NCBI GenBank assembly: GCA_965218895.1
Contig: CBDCMI010000007.1
Span: forward strand, 136,025 to 200,024
DNA: 64,000 nt
Origin: Acidobacteriaceae bacterium
GTDB lineage: Bacteria > Acidobacteriota > Terriglobia > Terriglobales > Acidobacteriaceae
Direction: 5' to 3'
Shown here: piece after piece, positions 38,237 to 47,849 of the stretch
How positions within the stretch are numbered: the stretch's first letter is position 1
How the letters are laid out: each line of letters opens with the position of its first letter
Notes under the pieces: generated by a model
What the model was told of the DNA's origin: nothing
The model's input: only the letters and a program-made list of their open reading frames with translations
Database searches by the model: none
Translations under genes and position numbers: made by a program

Positions 38237-39427
38237 CTAGTCTGTGCGAGGGTGTTGAGGTGCGGGATCAGGCCGCAGCCGTTGAATCGTCGAGAGCAGC
38301 AGCGTGGCGGCGCGGTCGACGTCGACGGGTGTGGCCTGGCGGGTGAGCGAGAGGCGGAGGGAGGCGCGGGCGTCGGGATCGGCGAGGCCCATGGCGAGGA
38401 GGACGTGGGAGGGCTCGAGCGCGCCGGACTGGCAGGCGGAGCCGGCCGAGACCGCCAGGCCCTGGAGGTCCAGCGCGATCATCAGACCCTCAGCCACGAC
38501 TCCGGGGAAGAGGAGATTCGAGGTGTTGGGGATACGGGGGTGGGGGGCACCGTTGACGCGGGTGGAGGGGAGGGTGTCGAGGACGGTAGCTTCAAGGCGG
38601 TCGCGAAGGCCGGCCAGGTGAGCGGGGCCGTCCGTGGCAAGCCACTGCCGCGCAAGCTCGGCGGCCTGCCCCAGGCCGACCAGGGCGGCGACGTTTTCCG
38701 TACCGGCGCGGCGCTGCCGCTCCTGCGGACCGCCAAAGTGCAGGGGGGAGAGGGCGGTCTTGCGACGGAGATAGAGGACCCCCGTGCCCTTGGGGCCGTA
38801 GAGCTTGTGTCCGGAGAGGGTGAGAAGGTCGCAGCCGAGGTCATCGACGGCGAGGGGGACCTTGCCCGCGGCCTGAACGGCGTCCGTGTGGAAGAGGGCA
38901 CCGACGCCGTGGGCGAGGCGGGCGAGCTCGCGCACCGGCTGAAGGACGCCGGTCTCGTTGTTGGCGAGCATGACGCTGACCAGCCGGGTACGGGGGGTGA
39001 GAGCGGCGGCGAGGGTTTGCGGCTCGACCAGGCCGGTGGGGCTGCAGGGCAGGACGGTGAGATCGACCGGCAGGCGGCTGGCGAGGGCCTCCGCGGCTCG
39101 CAGCACGGCGTCGTGCTCGATGGCGGTGGTGATGAGGTGGGGGCGCTCGGCGGGTCGGTCGGAGAGGGCCTGGTGCAGCACGCCGAAGAGCGCGAGGTTG
39201 TCGGACTCGGTGCCGCCGGAGGTGAAGAGGACCTCAGCCGGACGGCAGGCGAGGAGGCCGGCGACCTGCTCGCGGGCATGCTCAAGCCCGGCGCGGGCGT
39301 GCTGACCGGGCTGATGGACGGAGCTGGGGTTGGCGAAGTGCTCGGTCCAGAAGGGCTCCATGGCGCGGACGACCTCCGGGAGCAGAGGCGTGGTGGCGTT
39401 GGCGTCCATGTAGAGGCGAGGGTGCAT
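38237..39427 (-). CDS. Cysteine desulfurase (NifS/IscS-like)
   Basis: YMDANATTP, FTSGGTESDN, HTDAVQ, SGHKLYGPKG, SAGSAC. Confidence 0.92.
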   Translation of the reverse strand: MHPRLYMDANATTPLLPEVVRAMEPFWTEHFANPSSVHQPGQHARAGLEHAREQVAGLLACRPAEVLFTSGGTESDNLALFGVLHQALSDRPAERPHLITTAIEHDAVLRAAEALASRLPVDLTVLPCSPTGLVEPQTLAAALTPRTRLVSVMLANNETGVLQPVRELARLAHGVGALFHTDAVQAAGKVPLAVDDLGCDLLTLSGHKLYGPKGTGVLYLRRKTALSPLHFGGPQERQRRAGTENVAALVGLGQAAELARQWLATDGPAHLAGLRDRLEATVLDTLPSTRVNGAPHPRIPNTSNLLFPGVVAEGLMIALDLQGLAVSAGSACQSGALEPSHVLLAMGLADPDARASLRLSLTRQATPVDVDRAATLLLSTIQRLRPDPAPQHPRTD

Positions 39428-39509
39428 GGCGTGTGATGCGTTAGATGGAGCGATGACGGCGGTCGGTGCGGCTCTGCTATTGTGCTCTCTGTTGTTTCAG
39501 GAGATTTTG

Positions 39510-40130
39510 ATGATCGTGAGCAAGGTAGAACGGATGGTGCGTGTGGTGGCCATGTCGGCCGTTGTGGCAATGGCAAGCGGGGCGGCAGTGCCGACCCGAG
39601 CGCTGGCGCAGGACGCCGCTTCCCAGCCGGAGGCGGGGCCGGTGGAGCTGAACAAGGTCCTGGACGGCATGGTGTCCGGGCTGGAGAAGGAGATGATGGG
39701 CGTGGTGCAGGCGATGCCGGCCGACAAGTTCAACTTTGCACCGAGCCAGTCCATCTTTGCGTCAGGGCAGAAGGTGAACTTCTCGGGAGTGCGGACGTTT
39801 GCCGAGCAGTGTACCCACGTGGCCTCGGCGAACTATTACTACTTCAGCCAGGTGAGCGGAACCAAGCCGAGTGTGGATGTGGCGTCGTTGAAGAACCTCA
39901 AGACGAAAGACGAGGTGGTGCAGGCGCTCCAGGCCTCGTTCGCCTTTGCGCACCAGGCCGTGGCGACTCTGACGCCGGACAATGCCATGAACCCTGCGGG
40001 CGGCGGCGGCCAGTCCGGGACGCGAGCGACGATGGTGGCGGGCGGTGTGGCCCACGGGTTTGACCACTACGGGCAGATGGTGGAGTACCTGCGGATGAAT
40101 GGCCAGGTGCCGCCGGCGAGCGCCAAGTAG
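39510..40130 (+). CDS. Exported DinB-family protein
   Basis: AGGAG RBS; signal peptide; MPADKFNFAP, HGFDHYGQMVEYLRMNG. Confidence 0.85.
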   Translation: MIVSKVERMVRVVAMSAVVAMASGAAVPTRALAQDAASQPEAGPVELNKVLDGMVSGLEKEMMGVVQAMPADKFNFAPSQSIFASGQKVNFSGVRTFAEQCTHVASANYYYFSQVSGTKPSVDVASLKNLKTKDEVVQALQASFAFAHQAVATLTPDNAMNPAGGGGQSGTRATMVAGGVAHGFDHYGQMVEYLRMNGQVPPASAK

Positions 40131-40142
40131 GTCTTGGGGGAG

Positions 40143-40197
40143 GGGCCCCCTCCCCCCCTTATTGCGCAAAGTCTTCCAACGGCGGAGGTAGGTCCGG
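40143..40197 (+). repeat. Dispersed intergenic repeat (poly-C, CAAAGT...TAGGTC), copy 2
   Basis: Similar to the reverse complement of 5131..5190. Confidence 0.5.
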
Positions 40198-40510
40198 ACC
40201 TCCCATGCACAGTACCACCCGGCTTCAGCTTCTGGGGTCCAGCCGATGGCGCGGGTCAGCACTCCCTCTTAGACCTCCTTCACCCAGGGTAGCTGCTGAG
40301 TGTGCGAGATTACGCCAGGGTTAATGCTGTGCGCCCCCGATCAGAACCACCCCCGGCAAGTTTGAGGATGTGAACGGAGAGTTTGAACGATCAACGAAGA
40401 AGGGCTGGACATTACTTCGGTACCGTGGGGACGTCTGCGAGGGGAGCGTGAGGGGGCGCATCCAAGCCCGCAGCCAGCACCTTCGGCACTTCATCCTCGA
40501 GGCTCATCCC

Positions 40511-41593
40511 ATGTTTTTGCAGCGCCGTATCCTGTTCCACGGAGCGCTCTTTGCCGCGCTTCTGCCCATCCCCTCTGTCGCCTTGGCGCAGACGGACGCG
40601 ACCGTGACCCCCCTCACCCCGGCGCAGTTGAAGGCCAAGCTGGACCCGCAGCTGGCGGTGGTTCTGGACCTGTACGGGAAGATCGCGGGGACGCCGCTGA
40701 CCAGCCTGAGCCCGCAGGATGCGCGGCAGCAGTTCGCGGCGCAGGACGCAGCTAAGATCGTGGCGCGCATGACGGGCAAGGAGCCGTCGGCCCGGCCGGT
40801 GGGCAAAGTCGTGGATGGCATGACTATTCCAGGGTCGGACGGCAACGAGATTCCGATTCGGGTATACCAGCCGCAGACGAGCGGAACGCACCCTGTGGTG
40901 CTGTACTTCCACGGCGGTGGGTTTGTGATTGCAACGATCGACACCTATGACGAGAGCGCGCGGGCGCTGTGTGACTTTGCGGATGCGGTGGTGGTTTCGG
41001 TGGAGTACCGGAAATCTCCGGAGCACCCCTTTCCCGCGGCGTACAACGATGCGGTTTCGTCCTACAAGTGGTTGCTGAGCCACGCGTCCGAGGTGGGCGG
41101 CAATGGCAAGGTCGCCATCGCGGGCGAGAGCGCGGGCGGCAATCTAGCGGCTGAGGTGACCCTGGCGGCGCGCGATGAGCACCTCCAGATGCCGACGATG
41201 GAGCTGCTGGTCTATCCGGAGACGACGAGTGATCTGAACCAGAGCTCGGACATCCTGTATAAGGATGCGATTCCGCTGAACACGGCGGCACTCTACTACT
41301 TCGATGGGTTGTACCGGCCGGCAAGCGATGCCAATCTGCCGACGATCGCGCCGCTCAACGCCGATCTGAAGGGTCTGCCGCCGACGACCATTATCGCGGC
41401 GGAGGAAGACCCTCTGCGCAGCGACGGATTCGCCTATGCCAACAAGCTGCGCAAGGTGGGAGATACGGTGGCCTACGCGCTGGTGCCCGGGACGACGCAC
41501 GAGTTCTTCGGGATGGGCGCGGTGGTCGACAAGGCGCTGCAGGCGGAGCAGTATGCCGGAGCGCAGTTGAAGGCATCGTTCGGAACAAAGTAG
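40511..41593 (+). CDS. Secreted alpha/beta hydrolase (HSL-family esterase)
   Basis: HGGGF, GESAGG, DPLRSDG, HEFF. Confidence 0.92.
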   Translation: MFLQRRILFHGALFAALLPIPSVALAQTDATVTPLTPAQLKAKLDPQLAVVLDLYGKIAGTPLTSLSPQDARQQFAAQDAAKIVARMTGKEPSARPVGKVVDGMTIPGSDGNEIPIRVYQPQTSGTHPVVLYFHGGGFVIATIDTYDESARALCDFADAVVVSVEYRKSPEHPFPAAYNDAVSSYKWLLSHASEVGGNGKVAIAGESAGGNLAAEVTLAARDEHLQMPTMELLVYPETTSDLNQSSDILYKDAIPLNTAALYYFDGLYRPASDANLPTIAPLNADLKGLPPTTIIAAEEDPLRSDGFAYANKLRKVGDTVAYALVPGTTHEFFGMGAVVDKALQAEQYAGAQLKASFGTK

Positions 41594-41608
41594 ACGGCAG
41601 GCGTGCTG

Positions 41609-41644
41609 GGCCGGAGCGAGGGCATGCTCCGGCCTTGCCTTTTG
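41609..41644 (+). terminator. Rho-independent terminator
   Basis: GGCCGGAGC...GCTCCGGCC followed by a T-rich tail. Confidence 0.6.
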
Positions 41645-41689
41645 TTGGGGACGGCGTAGACTGAGGCGGCCTAGAAGGAGTGCAACTCC

Positions 41690-42514
41690 ATGCGACGCTT
41701 ACTGGTTGCTGCCGTGTTGCAGGTGAGCGGTTTGCTGGTGGCGCAGACCGTGGACCGTGGTGTTGTGGGGATGGCGGACGGCGGGTCGCGCGAGGTGCTT
41801 GAAAGCATTGCGGTTCCACCGCTGCCGAAGGCGCCGTTCAGTCTGACGCTGGCGACGAGCTGGGCGAGACCGTTTGGCAGGGACGGCGGGACCTACACGC
41901 TGGTGAATGAGAGACACATCATGCGGGACAGCGCGGGGCGCATCCGGCAGGAGCGATGGTGGCTGGTCCCGAAGAACGGCACGGCGACGAGCCAGATGAC
42001 CGTGATCCAGATCATGGATCCGGCGGTGCACACGCGGCTGAACTGCTTTGTGATGGAGAAGCGGTGCGAGATGGACGGGTACTCGGGGGCAGTGGGGACG
42101 CACTATGTGCCGCGGCTCGGATCGATGACGACGCCAGAGGGATCACAGCGGAGCGAGTCGCTGGGCGGGGATCAGATGTTGGGGCTGGATGTGGTCGGCA
42201 TGCGAGAGACGACGTTGCTGAATGTATGGACGCGCGGCAACGACCAGCCGATGGTGACGACGCGGGAGTTTTGGTGGTCGCAGCGCCTGGGGATCAGCCT
42301 CCTGTCTGTGCTGGACGACGCGATGGTGGGGCGGCAGGAGTTTCGTGTGACGGCGATCAGCACCGCAGAGCCGGCGGCGGAGACCTTCGCGGTGCCGGAC
42401 GGCTATAAGGTGGTGGATGTGCGAGCCCTGACCGAAGCGCCCGGGAGGGAGGTGAGGCCGCCCGCGATTGAGGCCAAACCGGCCCGCGGACGCACCGGGA
42501 GTGCGAGGCACTAG
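41690..42514 (+). CDS. Exported hypothetical protein
   Basis: AAGGAG RBS, signal peptide; RDSAGRIRQE, EFWWS, EPAAETFAVPDGYKV. Confidence 0.75.
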   Translation: MRRLLVAAVLQVSGLLVAQTVDRGVVGMADGGSREVLESIAVPPLPKAPFSLTLATSWARPFGRDGGTYTLVNERHIMRDSAGRIRQERWWLVPKNGTATSQMTVIQIMDPAVHTRLNCFVMEKRCEMDGYSGAVGTHYVPRLGSMTTPEGSQRSESLGGDQMLGLDVVGMRETTLLNVWTRGNDQPMVTTREFWWSQRLGISLLSVLDDAMVGRQEFRVTAISTAEPAAETFAVPDGYKVVDVRALTEAPGREVRPPAIEAKPARGRTGSARH

Positions 42515-43851
42515 TCGGCGGCGGTGAGTTCGGCTTCGGTGTCTTCGGCTTCGGGGGTGGACTCGACGATCTCGGAGACGTCCTCGACAGGGGAAGCGAT
42601 GTCGATGCCGTAGCGTGGGGCGAGGTCGGGGGCGAAGCGGGCGAGGTCATTGCGGAGGCGGATGAGGGAGAGGTCCTTGGCCTTGGACTCGAGCATGATG
42701 TCGGTGTCGATGCCCTGGATCGAGCGAAGGAAGGTGATGGTCTCGAAGGGGTTGTTGTAGTCGGCGTGGCCGGTCCAGACGGGCGGCTGGAGGACGAGTT
42801 CGAGCTTGCCGGACTTGCGGTCCCGGCGTTTGAGCTCGCGCATCTCCGTGCGGGCACAGGAGAAGTGGGTCTTGGGGCGGACGCCGGCGGGCCAGGTGCG
42901 GACGAAGCGCTGGAGGGTGTCGACCAGGGGGAGGCCTTCGGGGTTGAAGCACCAGTGGTGCTGATAGTCGAAGACGCACTTCACGCCGGTGTGCTCGTGG
43001 ACGCGGAGGACGTCCGCGGCGGAGAAGCGGATGTCGTCGTTTTCGAGCACGAGCCGGCGGCGAACGGGCTCGGAGAGGCGGGGCCAGTTGCTGATCCAGC
43101 GGTCGCAGGAGGCGGTGCGGTCGCCATAAGCGCCGCCGACGTGGACGACGAGGACGGCCTCGGGGCCGCACTCCATGAGATCGAGCATCTCGGCCTGGGA
43201 GTCGAGGTCCCACATGGACTTGCGGGTGAGCTCCTCGTTTTCACTGTTGAGGACGATGAACTGGGAGGGATGGAAGGAGAGGCGGATGTCGGCCTCGCGG
43301 GCGAGGCGGCCGAGGGTGGCGAGGTCGGCGGCGGAGTCGCGGACCATGGAGTGGAATTGGGTGAGGGTGGGGTGGGTGGCGTAGGGCGCGAGGTCGGAGC
43401 CCATGCGGTACATGTGGATGGCGTGCTTGCGGAGGTAGGCGAAGATCTCGGCGAGGTGGCCGAGGGAGACCCGGAGGTGTGGGTTTTGCTGCCATCGGCG
43501 GGTGTCGCCGGACTTGAGGCCGGGCTGGCCCATGACCTTGACGGCGAAGCCGAGGCGCATGGCTTCGGGTGGGAAGCGGAGTTGCGGCAGGCCTTCGAGG
43601 GCGCGGGCGGGAAAGAGCGGATCTTCGAGGCGGCGGGCGAGGTCGGCCTCGGCGAGGGCCTTTGCGGAGAGCTTTTTGGCCTTCTTTTTGGCTGGTTTTT
43701 TCCCTGATTTTTTCGTGGCGGTTCGCCTGGCGGGCTGGGCTGCCTCAGGCTGGGCGGCTGGTGCGGGCGAGCGGGGACGGCCGCGGCGTGGCTTCTCGGG
43801 GAGTTCGGCGGGCAGTTCGGCTGCTGGGGGCTTGGGGGCGGGCGGGGTCAT
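42511..43851 (-). CDS. uvsE: UV DNA damage endonuclease with basic N-terminal extension
   Basis: RLGFAV, YRMGSDL, RLSFHPSQFIVLNS, VVHVGG, LVLENDD, FDYQHH, GHADY, MLESKAKD; start codon uncertain. Confidence 0.88.
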   Translation of the reverse strand: MTPPAPKPPAAELPAELPEKPRRGRPRSPAPAAQPEAAQPARRTATKKSGKKPAKKKAKKLSAKALAEADLARRLEDPLFPARALEGLPQLRFPPEAMRLGFAVKVMGQPGLKSGDTRRWQQNPHLRVSLGHLAEIFAYLRKHAIHMYRMGSDLAPYATHPTLTQFHSMVRDSAADLATLGRLAREADIRLSFHPSQFIVLNSENEELTRKSMWDLDSQAEMLDLMECGPEAVLVVHVGGAYGDRTASCDRWISNWPRLSEPVRRRLVLENDDIRFSAADVLRVHEHTGVKCVFDYQHHWCFNPEGLPLVDTLQRFVRTWPAGVRPKTHFSCARTEMRELKRRDRKSGKLELVLQPPVWTGHADYNNPFETITFLRSIQGIDTDIMLESKAKDLSLIRLRNDLARFAPDLAPRYGIDIASPVEDVSEIVESTPEAEDTEAELTAAD

Positions 43852-43912
43852 GCGGGGGCGGGCTCCTGCTGCCTTGGATGCGGGGCGAGGCGCGGCGGGC
43901 GCGCTCCCAGGG

Positions 43913-44086
43913 TTAGGCTTCGTCCTGGCTCTGCTGCCTGGCTTCGGCTTCGGCGGCCTCTTCCCGGGCCATGTCTTCGTATTCAACGGAGTCGAAGATC
44001 TCGCCGCAGGCGAGGCACTCGACGAACTCTGCGTCCTCATCGCGGGAGACAACGCGCACGACGGTGTGTTTGCAGGGGGCGGGCAT
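43913..44086 (-). CDS. Small Cys/His (Zn-ribbon-like) protein, 57 aa
   Basis: MPAPCKHTVVRVVSRDEDAEFVECLACGEIFDS; CxH...CxxC. Confidence 0.6.
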   Translation of the reverse strand: MPAPCKHTVVRVVSRDEDAEFVECLACGEIFDSVEYEDMAREEAAEAEARQQSQDEA

Positions 44087-44291
44087 GGTGTGGGGAGTTG
44101 GGCTGGCCTGTGGATGGATTCTGCCGTGCGCCGGGTCGGGTGTCAACCGGGTTTTCGCGAGCGGCGTTTGATGGTGGGAGGTGGGGGTTCTGTTGCGCGG
44201 CTTGGGGTCGGCTCGTACACTGAGATGGTGGGAGGGGAGCGGCCTTGCGGGCGATTCGGCTTCCCACGTAGGTTCCTGGTGGGTCTTCAAC

Positions 44292-44759
44292 ATGCTGCGA
44301 CTGACCAAAAAAGCGGACTACGGGCTGATGGCTTTGAAGTACCTGGCCGAGCATGCGGACTGTGGCGCGCAGAGCGCGAAGGACATTGCCGAGGCGTACC
44401 ACATTCCGCCGCCCTTGCTGGCGAAGATCTTGCAAACGCTGGCGCGGTCGGGCCTGCTGCAGAGCCATGCAGGGACCAACGGTGGATACGCATTGGCGCG
44501 GCCGGCGGCGGAGATCAGCGCGTTTGAGGCGATTCGCGCAATTGATGGTCCGTTGTTTATCACCAGCTGCATTACGATCCACGGGGCGTGCGACCTGGCG
44601 GGTCACTGCACCATCAAAGAACCGTTGCGCAAGGTGAATGACGCGATCAAGGAGATGCTGAGCGGGATCCGGATCGCGGACCTGGCGGAGAAGCCCGAAG
44701 GCGAGCCCGAAGATAAAGGCAGCCCGGTGGCCGGCGGTCTGGTGACGATTGCACGCTAG
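44292..44759 (+). CDS. Rrf2-family Fe-S transcriptional regulator
   Basis: MLRLTKKADYGL, GGYALAR, three Cys in CITIHGACDLAGHC. Confidence 0.92.
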   Translation: MLRLTKKADYGLMALKYLAEHADCGAQSAKDIAEAYHIPPPLLAKILQTLARSGLLQSHAGTNGGYALARPAAEISAFEAIRAIDGPLFITSCITIHGACDLAGHCTIKEPLRKVNDAIKEMLSGIRIADLAEKPEGEPEDKGSPVAGGLVTIAR

Positions 44760-44858
44760 GCCTGGCCGGCAGATGTGCGAACGAGGACGTTAGGTTCGAT
44801 CGATGCGCCGGATTGACGATGAGTTTGGATTCGAGAGAGTGAGAGAGCGGGGACGACT

Positions 44859-46172
44859 ATGGGAAACGAGCTGACGGAAGTGGGCGTGGCGATGACCGAC
44901 AACGGCATGGTGGTGGCGGAGAGCAAGGGTCCGCTGCCGGCCGGCGTGAAGCTGCCGATCTATATGGATAACCACGCGACGACGCCGATGGACCCGCGGG
45001 TTCTGGAGGCGATGCTGCCGTACTTCGGGACGGTCTTCGGCAACGCGGCGAGCCGCAACCACAGCTTCGGCTGGGAGGCGGAGAAGGCTGTGGAGACGGC
45101 GCGCGAGCAGGTGGCGAAGCTGATTGGCGCAACACCGAAAGAGATCATCTTCACTTCGGGCGCGACGGAGTCGAACAATCTCGCGATCAAGGGGATTGCG
45201 GAGATGTATCGCGAGCGCGGCAACCACATTATCACGCAGTCGACCGAGCACAAGGCGGTGCTCGACACCTGCAAGAAGCTTGAAAAGCAGGGCTACCGGG
45301 TGACGTATCTGCAGGTGGAGGCCGACGGCCTGATTGACCTGGAGGAGCTGGAGCGGGCGATCGTGACTGAGGGCGAGAACAAGACGATTCTGGTCTCGAT
45401 CATGTACGCGAACAATGAGATCGGTGTGGTGCAGCCGGTCGCGGAGATCGGCAAGCTGTGCCGTGCCAAGGGCGTGCTCTTTCACACGGACGGCGTGCAG
45501 GCGGTGGGCAAGATCCCGGTGAACGTGCAGACGGACAACATCGACGTACTGAGCCTGACGGCGCACAAGATCTATGGACCCAAGGGTGTGGGCGCGCTCT
45601 ATGTGCGTCGCCGCAACCCGCGCGTGCAGATCTCCGAGCAGATCAACGGCGGCGGACATGAGCGCGGCATGCGGTCGGGCACGCTAAATGTGCCCGGCAT
45701 CGTGGGCCTGGGCAAGGCGTGCGAGATCGCCGGCGAGGAGATGGCGACGGAGACGGCCCGGTTGAGCGAGCTGCGCGACTACCTGAAGCACAAGATGGAG
45801 AATGCGCTGGACTACGTGCATGTGAACGGCAACATGGAGCACCATCTGCCGGGCAACCTGAATATGAGCTTCGTCTATGTAGAGGGTGAGAGCCTCTTGA
45901 TGGGGATCAACGACATCGCGGTCTCGTCCGGGTCGGCCTGCACCTCTGCCACGCTGGAGCCGAGCTACGTACTGAAGGCCCTGGGTTTGGGCGACGACGT
46001 GGCGCACTCCTCGATCCGCTTCGGTCTGGGTCGCTTCAACAACAAGGCCGAGGTCGATTACGTGAGCGACAAGGTGATTGACGTGGTGAGCAAGCTGCGC
46101 GAGCTGAGCCCGCTCTACGAGATGGTGAAGGAGGGCATCGACCTGACCAAGATCGAGTGGGCGGCGCACTAA
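44859..46172 (+). CDS. iscS: IscS-subfamily cysteine desulfurase
   Basis: [45 protein letters not shown]-terminal IEWAAH. Confidence 0.95.
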   Translation: MGNELTEVGVAMTDNGMVVAESKGPLPAGVKLPIYMDNHATTPMDPRVLEAMLPYFGTVFGNAASRNHSFGWEAEKAVETAREQVAKLIGATPKEIIFTSGATESNNLAIKGIAEMYRERGNHIITQSTEHKAVLDTCKKLEKQGYRVTYLQVEADGLIDLEELERAIVTEGENKTILVSIMYANNEIGVVQPVAEIGKLCRAKGVLFHTDGVQAVGKIPVNVQTDNIDVLSLTAHKIYGPKGVGALYVRRRNPRVQISEQINGGGHERGMRSGTLNVPGIVGLGKACEIAGEEMATETARLSELRDYLKHKMENALDYVHVNGNMEHHLPGNLNMSFVYVEGESLLMGINDIAVSSGSACTSATLEPSYVLKALGLGDDVAHSSIRFGLGRFNNKAEVDYVSDKVIDVVSKLRELSPLYEMVKEGIDLTKIEWAAH

Positions 46173-46199
46173 ACTACCTGCTTAGCGATGTAACGGCGG

Positions 46200-46232
46200 A
46201 GGAGACGCGGAGACTGCGTCTCCTTTTGTTTT
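46200..46232 (+). terminator. Rho-independent terminator after iscS
   Basis: GGAGACGC...GCGTCTCC followed by TTTTGTTTT. Confidence 0.75.
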
Positions 46233-46276
46233 GGGCCTGCAAAACTGCAGTGGACGAATGGGTTCAGGTAGAAACA

Positions 46277-46745
46277 ATGCGGCACGCACGTGAGGCGCAG
46301 AACAGTGACATATCGCAAGGGACCGGGTTGCTGACGACAGCGATGTTGGGCTTGGCTCTGACTGGGTGCTTCGGCGGCAACGCGGGAGCGAACGGCAACC
46401 GCTAAGAGCAGCGGTGGGACGACACCAACAGCGCCGGTTGCCAATGTGTACGTGGCGGGCCAGGTCGCTGGGAGTTCAGGAGACAGAATAGCCGCTATCT
46501 GGAAGAACGGGACAGCGACGACCCCAGCAATTCGACGAACGATTCAGGCGCATGTTGCGTGGTGGTGTCCGGAACAGATGGGTACGCCGCCGGTTTGCAG
46601 AATAACGGAGCGCATGACGTTGCTGTGATTTGGAAGAACGGGATTGCGACTCAGCTTACGGACGGCACGGCCGATGCAAATGTTCAAGGGCTGGCGGTCG
46701 TCGATGGCAAGGTGTACGCGGCGGGTTACGACCGAGCGACCGGCC
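46277..46745 (+). pseudogene. Frameshifted repeat-containing lipoprotein remnant
   Basis: Lipobox LALTGC, then VYVAG...IWKNG repeats split over several short ORFs. Confidence 0.6.
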
Positions 46746-46825
46746 AGGGAACCTCGGCGTCTCCGTTCCGATGCTTTACAGATGGGTTCCCGCGCCCACG
46801 TACCCGTAACAAATCCGGCTGTTCG

Positions 46826-47755
46826 TTACTTGGCGGCGTCTCTGAGTTGGACTACATCACGCCGAGGAGGTTGACCAAACATGCGAGAATATTCGCGGCT
46901 GAAGTGAGTTGAACTCTCATAACCGACCTGAAACGCTGTCGTCTTCACATCTACCTCATCTGTAACCATCATTCGCCGTGCTTCGAGCAAGCGAAGCTGT
47001 TTTTGGTACTGAAGCGGTGTCATGGACGTGATCGACTTAAACTGCCGTTGAAGGGCTGACGAACTCATCTGCGCGATAGAAGCCAACTGTTCGATCGAGA
47101 CAGATTCTGCAAACCGGTCCCGGAGGAAATGGATGGCACTTAGAATGCTCCTTGTATGGAGCTTCGAGACGGTCATGCTGAGAACTTCGCCACCATGTGA
47201 GCCTGCCAGGAGCCAATAGCACATCTCACGCATGAGGGCAGGATAGAGTGGAGCAATTGCCTGAGGTCTATCGAGAAGCTGGAGTATGCGCAGTGCGGAA
47301 TCGGCTAGCGGCCCTTCAAAATCCGTGACAAAGACGCTCCGGCTTGCCTCGCCTGGCTCCTCCGGCAGAGTCTCCAGGCTGGAGACCACCTCGCGCATGA
47401 TCGATAGGTCGAATTCGATGATGATGCCAAGGTAAGGCTCGCTTTCGCTTGCCGCGGCAATCGTGCTGAACGCAGGCATTTCTACACTGACGACCAGCGC
47501 CTGGCCCTCATGGTAATCAAAGCGTCTTCCGGCAATCATGGTCCATTTTGCTCCCTGAACCACAAGGCACAGCGCTGGCCGGCAGATGTGATGATTTGTC
47601 AGGTCCTTCTGTTCAGCGCGAAGCAGGGTGAGCCCGGGAACTGCTGTCACAAAGGGACTCGGGCCGGTCTGTGAGTCCGTGTACCGCTTGGCTATGTCAC
47701 GTAGAAGACTCATCAAGCTATCCGCCTCTCCCACGTTCTCTCCTGTTCGATGCAC
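46826..47755 (-). CDS. AraC-family transcriptional regulator
   Basis: PALCLVVQGAK, TPLQYQKQLRLLEARR, VGYESSTHFSREYSRMFG. Confidence 0.92.
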   Translation of the reverse strand: MHRTGENVGEADSLMSLLRDIAKRYTDSQTGPSPFVTAVPGLTLLRAEQKDLTNHHICRPALCLVVQGAKWTMIAGRRFDYHEGQALVVSVEMPAFSTIAAASESEPYLGIIIEFDLSIMREVVSSLETLPEEPGEASRSVFVTDFEGPLADSALRILQLLDRPQAIAPLYPALMREMCYWLLAGSHGGEVLSMTVSKLHTRSILSAIHFLRDRFAESVSIEQLASIAQMSSSALQRQFKSITSMTPLQYQKQLRLLEARRMMVTDEVDVKTTAFQVGYESSTHFSREYSRMFGQPPRRDVVQLRDAAK

Positions 47756-47849
47756 AATGAGCCAATCAGGCAGGAAAGAGGCATCTTTGGGCAGGCACGT
47801 CAGCGCAAGAAGGCGTATCTAACCCTTCTGTACGCAACAGGAGGAAACA

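Noticed and set aside
25771-39436. Long opposite-strand or alternate-frame ORFs (e.g. 25771..27543, 33081..34379, 34395..35543, 37685..39436)
   Set aside because: Shadow ORFs of well-supported genes in GC-rich DNA; no motifs.
43852-44052. Longest uvsE start at 44052
   Set aside because: Overlaps the small Cys/His gene in another frame and reads as low-complexity sequence.
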